Source: a virus
Length of the DNA: 64,000 bases
Direction: 5' to 3' (one strand)
UHGV virus genome: UHGV-0021337
The notes beneath the pieces were generated by a model. That model was given only the letters and a program-made list of their open reading frames with translations, had not been told where the DNA came from and made no database searches. How positions within the stretch are numbered: position 1 is the stretch's first letter; the number at the start of each line of letters is the position of its first letter. The position numbers were made by a program, and so were the translations under genes. Positions 59,485-64,000 of this stretch are shown in pieces.

Positions 59485-59512
59485 GAGCAGATTTACTGCT
59501 CTTATTTTTTTG
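59483..59512 (+). terminator. rho-independent terminator
   Basis: Stem aagagcag / ctgctctt, loop attta, then atttttttg. Confidence 0.85.
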
Positions 59513-59544
59513 ATTCTTTACACTTTGTATATTATAATGTAAGT

Positions 59545-60288
59545 ATGAACGAAAACAACATTGAACTTTATTTAGGTAACTGGAAAGAACGATTTAAAAC
59601 AATTCCCGACAAATCTATTGATTTGATTTATACCGACCCACCGTATGATATAGGCATATTTAGACCAGGTTCAGGTGGCAGCGTTAACAACATAATGAAG
59701 TTAGATAAGACGTTGTTGCCTATAAATCAAATAACCGAAACAAAATACAATCTAACAGAATTCTGCGACGAAGCAGTTCGAGTTATGAAAGATATCAATA
59801 TTTATATATGGTGTAACAAGCCTCAGATAATTCATTACTTCAATTACTTTGTTAACGAGTTAGGATGCAAGTATGATATTCTATTCTGGAATAAAACAAA
59901 TGCTCTACCGACATATTCAAATAAATACTTAACGGATTGTGAGTATCTATTAGTTTTTCGTAAAGGGAAAGCAGCGTTACATCCAGAATGTTATGAAGAT
60001 GCAAAAACTGTTTTTCAAAGTCCTATAAATCGAGAAAACAAGATTTATAAACACCCTAACATAAAACCTCTTGAATTAGTTCTACGTGGTATTAAAAATT
60101 CATCAAAGGAAGGCGATATAGTTCTAGACCCATTCATGGGAAGTGGAACCACTGGCGTTGCATGTAAACAAACCGGCAGGAAATTCATTGGATGTGAGAT
60201 AAATCCAGAATTCTTTGAAACAGCACAGCAACGAATACTTGGAACTGAGTATCAAGTTACGTCTACCAAAGGAGGTTTGTGGGATTGA
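59545..60288 (+). CDS. DNA methyltransferase, beta-class (DPPY), second copy
   Basis: DLIYTDPPYD is followed by VLDPFMGSGTTGVACKQTGRKFIGCEINPEFF. It shows clear paralogy with the 18061..18792 product. Confidence 0.8.
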   Translation: MNENNIELYLGNWKERFKTIPDKSIDLIYTDPPYDIGIFRPGSGGSVNNIMKLDKTLLPINQITETKYNLTEFCDEAVRVMKDINIYIWCNKPQIIHYFNYFVNELGCKYDILFWNKTNALPTYSNKYLTDCEYLLVFRKGKAALHPECYEDAKTVFQSPINRENKIYKHPNIKPLELVLRGIKNSSKEGDIVLDPFMGSGTTGVACKQTGRKFIGCEINPEFFETAQQRILGTEYQVTSTKGGLWD

Positions 60289-61349
60289 AGATTGTTTTTT
60301 ATAGCGATGTACATTTTAGTACTTACTCAAGTATTTTTCGCAAACGTGGAAAAACATATTCTGCAAGACTTGAGAGTTGCATAAACAGCGTCGGATGGGC
60401 AGAAGACTACGCAGAGCGGATAGGAGCCGATTTAATTGTAATAGGTGGAGACTTTTTTGATAAAAGTGATTTAAGCGCCGAAGAATTAACTGCGTTGAAA
60501 GAGGTCTATTTCAGTCAAAAAATAAACCACACTGTACTTGTAGGAAATCATGAGATGAAAACTAGAAACAGGTCTCTTACAAGCGCACATCTATTTCAAA
60601 CCCTACACGGTACGTTTGATGTTTTTGATACTCCTGTTGTCTGGAAAGGTCTTGAAATTAACAAAAATTTTAACTATGTTTTTCTACCTTATATAAATGA
60701 AGAAGAAAGGCACGCATTTGTTGAGTATCTTCCAAACAATGATTTACCTTCAATTGTATTCAGTCACAACGACATTGCAGGAATCCAACTAGGTCAGTTT
60801 ACCTCAAAAGAAGGATTTGAAATAAAAGATGTTGAACAATCTTCTGCATTATTCATAAACGGACATCTTCATAACGGAACTTTCCTAAATCAAAAGCATA
60901 CTATTTGTAACGTAGGTAATCTAACAGGAAAAGATTTCGGAGAAAACGGATTTCAGTTTAAGCATCAACTTGCAGTAATTGACACTGATACAATGAGCGT
61001 TGAGTTAGTAGATAATCCTTATGCAGCATATTTCTATAAATTTGAATTTCATAAAAGTATATCCGAAAGTGAAATACAGAATATTTGTAGTTCTCTTGCT
61101 CCTATTTCGTGTATTACATGTAAAGTAGAAATCGACGATGTACAAGTAGTAAAATCCGCACTAGACAATTTACCTTGGGTAGTGGACTATCGCCTGATTG
61201 CGACTAAAGCACAAGGCGAGCAACCCGAAAGTGACAATGTTGTTGACACATTTGCATCAATTGACCACATAGCAGCATTCAAGACTTATATTAAGTCACA
61301 AATCGGTAACTCTGAGTTATTAGAAAAGGAGTTACAAGAATTAGTATGA
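60279..61349 (+). CDS. sbcD: SbcD/Mre11-like metallophosphoesterase nuclease
   Basis: Calcineurin-like motifs are present: IVFYSDVHF, GGDFFDK and VLVGNHE. It is coupled to a downstream SMC-like ATPase. Confidence 0.8.
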   Translation: MGLKIVFYSDVHFSTYSSIFRKRGKTYSARLESCINSVGWAEDYAERIGADLIVIGGDFFDKSDLSAEELTALKEVYFSQKINHTVLVGNHEMKTRNRSLTSAHLFQTLHGTFDVFDTPVVWKGLEINKNFNYVFLPYINEEERHAFVEYLPNNDLPSIVFSHNDIAGIQLGQFTSKEGFEIKDVEQSSALFINGHLHNGTFLNQKHTICNVGNLTGKDFGENGFQFKHQLAVIDTDTMSVELVDNPYAAYFYKFEFHKSISESEIQNICSSLAPISCITCKVEIDDVQVVKSALDNLPWVVDYRLIATKAQGEQPESDNVVDTFASIDHIAAFKTYIKSQIGNSELLEKELQELV

Positions 61350-63214
61350 AATTACAATTTACACGTATACAGATACACAATTTTATGTCATTTAGTGACG
61401 CCGACATTAGCTTATCCGACCGAGGCTACGTTTTAGTCCGAGGTGAAAACAATAACCCTGTAGATAATGCACAAAGCAACGGTGCAGGAAAAACAACGAT
61501 ATTTCACGCATTATCTTGGTGTTTAACGGGACTAACGCTTTCTGGGATTAAAAGCAATGTAGCAAACATAAAGCTCGACGATGGATGCTGGGTAAGAGTT
61601 GAATTCAGGAATGAAGGACATATATATAGTATTCTTAGGTCAAAAGATTCATCCGAGTATAAGACTGATTTGAAAATTTTTATCGATAACGAAGATAAAT
61701 CAGGCAAGGGAATACGTGATTCCGAAAAACTACTTGAACAATACTTGCCAGACTTAACTTATCAGCTTCTAGGGTCAGTCATTCTTCTTGGTCAAGGGCT
61801 ACCTCAACGTTTTACAAACAACACACCTTCGGGTCGTAAGGAAGTTTTAGAGAAACTATCTAAATCTGACTTTATGATTGAAGACTTAAAGTCAAAATTA
61901 ACATCACGTAAATCCACATTACAGAATGATTTACGACAAGTTGAAGATGCTATACTAACAAAAACTGCAACTATAACCACAAAAGAACAATTCAAGCAAC
62001 AGTTAGAAGCTTCAAATGCTACACTTGATTCTTCCGTAATAGCGGCAGAAGTAGAAGCAGTACAAAAAAGCCAAAAAGAATTGTCTGAAAAGATTTCTTA
62101 TTATGACGAACAATTTTCAGAATGTGGTGTTAAAGACCAAGAGCTGCTTAATCAAAAAGATGCTGCGTATTCTGATTACTTGTCTGAGTTGCTAGGGCTA
62201 CAACATCGTTATGACCCTCAAATTGACGCTGCTCAAAAAGAATTTCAATCCGCTCAGATTTTATACGCTACACAGAGTGCAGAGTTAACACGACTCAAAT
62301 CAATAAAAGATGTTTGCCCTACTTGTGGTCAACATATACCTGGTGTTAGCCGTCCTGACACTTCCGAGCTAGAAGTTATTGTTAACAATCTGTCGCGAGA
62401 AGTTCAACAGATTTCTGACAAATTATCTACGCTAAAAGACGCTCTCAATAAAGAAAAATCAAGCATTACCTCTAGTTATGATACCAAAGCTCGTGAGTTA
62501 ACTATGTTACGCTCTCAGCTCCAGTTTAAGTGCACTGACATTAGAGGAACTCGAGAATTACTTCAATCTCAGTACTCCATTGGAGCAACACGTTTAACAT
62601 CCTTGCAAGGACAACTAGCATCTTTGAACGAAACAAAGATTAAAAATGAAACAACAATACGCACTATAGCTCAAGAAATTGAAGATCTACATTCTGAAAT
62701 CTTGTATAACAATACGAAAAAAGAAGAGTTAACAACACGATTGAGTTTAGTTACAAAAATGTTAACTATTGCAACAAGAGATTTCCGAGGATTCCTACTA
62801 ACTAATGTTATTGACTACATTGACTCTTGTGCAAAAAACTATTGTCAACAGATATTTGAAACTGATAAACTTAATTTTTACCTCGATAGTAACAATTTAG
62901 ACATAACGTATGACGGTAAACTATATGAAGGATTATCAACAGGTGAAAAACAAAAAGTCGACGTAATAATACAACTATCGTTGCGTGATATGCTCTGCAA
63001 GTATATGAATTTCAATTGCAACATTCTTGCTCTTGATGAGGTGTTTGATGGCCTTGATAGCGTGGGGTGCGAAAGAATTGTTAATTTAATAAACAACATA
63101 ACTGACATTGAGAGCATCTTTATCATAACGCATCATTGTAACGATATTGAGTTAAGTTATGATGATGAAATCGTTGTTGTTAAAAATAAAGATGGAATAA
63201 GTGAGATTAAATAG
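61346..63214 (+). CDS. sbcC: SbcC/Rad50-like ATPase with CxxC zinc hook
   Basis: Walker A SNGAGKTTIF, long coiled coils, a central CPTCGQ hook, and Walker B/D-loop ILALDEVFDGLD at the C-terminus. Confidence 0.8.
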   Translation: MKLQFTRIQIHNFMSFSDADISLSDRGYVLVRGENNNPVDNAQSNGAGKTTIFHALSWCLTGLTLSGIKSNVANIKLDDGCWVRVEFRNEGHIYSILRSKDSSEYKTDLKIFIDNEDKSGKGIRDSEKLLEQYLPDLTYQLLGSVILLGQGLPQRFTNNTPSGRKEVLEKLSKSDFMIEDLKSKLTSRKSTLQNDLRQVEDAILTKTATITTKEQFKQQLEASNATLDSSVIAAEVEAVQKSQKELSEKISYYDEQFSECGVKDQELLNQKDAAYSDYLSELLGLQHRYDPQIDAAQKEFQSAQILYATQSAELTRLKSIKDVCPTCGQHIPGVSRPDTSELEVIVNNLSREVQQISDKLSTLKDALNKEKSSITSSYDTKARELTMLRSQLQFKCTDIRGTRELLQSQYSIGATRLTSLQGQLASLNETKIKNETTIRTIAQEIEDLHSEILYNNTKKEELTTRLSLVTKMLTIATRDFRGFLLTNVIDYIDSCAKNYCQQIFETDKLNFYLDSNNLDITYDGKLYEGLSTGEKQKVDVIIQLSLRDMLCKYMNFNCNILALDEVFDGLDSVGCERIVNLINNITDIESIFIITHHCNDIELSYDDEIVVVKNKDGISEIK

Positions 63215-64000
63215 TGCAAACATTTTTTAAGCCAAAAGACAAACGTTGGGTTGACTTAGCAATTTGGTGCGACCAAAATGCTTACAAGACAGATTGTGAC
63301 AATAATACTTTATATCAATATCTATATCTTTTGTTTTGGATGTTGTCACATAAGTGGAACTACTTCCACAAAGAATCTGACTATGACGAATTTTGTCTTC
63401 TTGGTGCTCAAACAGTTTATATGCGATTGAAAAATCCTAAACAATTTGACGGAAGTGGTAAGCTACAACCAGTTAAGTCAGTATTGAATTACATAAAGAA
63501 TGTTATATACCCCATATCTGTAACATTTCAAATGCAATCCTTTGCCCAAGGATTTACAATTGAAGATGATTACAATGCGGCATTACGAGCTCAACATATG
63601 CTTAATGAAAAAGCTCGTCACTATAGCGATGACACAATGCGCATGGAATTTGAGCATTGTTTATCTTGTATAACAAATACGATAAAAACATTAGTAAAAG
63701 AACTTCCATATCGTAATGACAAACTAACAACTCACAATATTTATATAAGTTGTTTACTTACAATACTAAACTATTTGAAACTCGACAAAATTAAACTTGC
63801 CCGTCTTAATTATCGAGATAATAAAGGTATGAACAACGAATGGGTAATAAATGAGTTGTATAGAGACACACGATATCAGAAAGCACTCTTATTCCATCTA
63901 CCAGACTCTATGAGCAACTATGTGTCTGTTATTGTTAATAGAGCACTTGCTCTTATGTCAGCTGATTTGATTGGTGTTATTGGAAGTTATCAACCCTCTG
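63214..64000 (+). CDS. hypothetical protein (3' partial, runs off the window)
   Basis: A GTG at 63214 overlaps the sbcC stop and the frame is open to nt 64000. No motif was recognised. Confidence 0.35.
   Translation, partial: MQTFFKPKDKRWVDLAIWCDQNAYKTDCDNNTLYQYLYLLFWMLSHKWNYFHKESDYDEFCLLGAQTVYMRLKNPKQFDGSGKLQPVKSVLNYIKNVIYPISVTFQMQSFAQGFTIEDDYNAALRAQHMLNEKARHYSDDTMRMEFEHCLSCITNTIKTLVKELPYRNDKLTTHNIYISCLLTILNYLKLDKIKLARLNYRDNKGMNNEWVINELYRDTRYQKALLFHLPDSMSNYVSVIVNRALALMSADLIGVIGSYQPS

Noticed and set aside
1-64000. CRISPR array, integrase/repressor lysogeny module, rRNA
   Set aside because: There are no short direct repeats with regular spacers anywhere. There is no tyrosine/serine recombinase signature, and no HTH repressor-antirepressor pair with a divergent promoter. 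The 25557-25680 divergent region only drives the GT moron and the fiber genes.

Overview
This window looks like 64 kb of a tailed dsDNA phage genome, or a very recently acquired prophage. Almost every gene is on the + strand, and intergenic regions are short with overlapping stop/start codons. Three features point to a low-GC, probably anaerobic Firmicutes (Clostridia-like) host: strong AGGAGG-type Shine-Dalgarno sites, sigma-A style TTGATT-17-TATAAT promoters, and rho-independent terminator hairpins.

Recognisable modules:
- **Tail fibres at three loci.** Locus 1-7167 holds Ala-rich fibres, one with a Cys-rich insert. Locus 20233-22551 holds a further tail fibre. Locus 25679-28677 ends in a collagen-like (G-X-Y)n fibre.
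- **Early / DNA-metabolism block, 7650-20138.** It contains many small hypothetical proteins, a lipoprotein, a redoxin-like NrdH and a class III anaerobic ribonucleotide reductase NrdD. It also carries a beta-class DNA methyltransferase and an NrdG-like radical-SAM activase.
- **Accessory island, 22555-25556.** It has a small CPC/CHC cysteine-motif protein and a CpG-rich membrane protein with a Listeria/Bacteroides-type repeat. On the opposite strand sit a GT-A glycosyltransferase with a TPR tail and a tandem-repeat Cys/Tyr-rich protein.
- **Head module, 29272-38332.** It contains a holin-like gene, terminase large subunit, portal, a free-standing HNH endonuclease, a protease/scaffold-like coiled-coil protein and a major capsid protein.
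- **Neck and contractile tail, 38459-59043.** It begins with a 576-aa hyper-acidic protein and a gene interrupted by a ~465-aa intein that carries an HNH domain. Then come sheath, tube and a tail chaperone with an apparent +1 frameshift extension abutting the tape measure, followed by the tape measure, a LysM protein, gp25-like, baseplate-J-like and gpI-like proteins. The order is PBSX/P2-like.
- **Right end, 59545-64000.** It has a second beta-class methyltransferase, an SbcD/SbcC-like nuclease pair and a 3'-partial ORF.

No integrase, repressor, CRISPR array, rRNA or convincing tRNA was found. The sequence is CpG-depleted overall, with discrete CpG-rich patches (about 5280-7450, 11576-13260 and 22853-23899) that suggest mosaic acquisition.

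All functional calls rest on motifs I could read in the translations, none on database searches.
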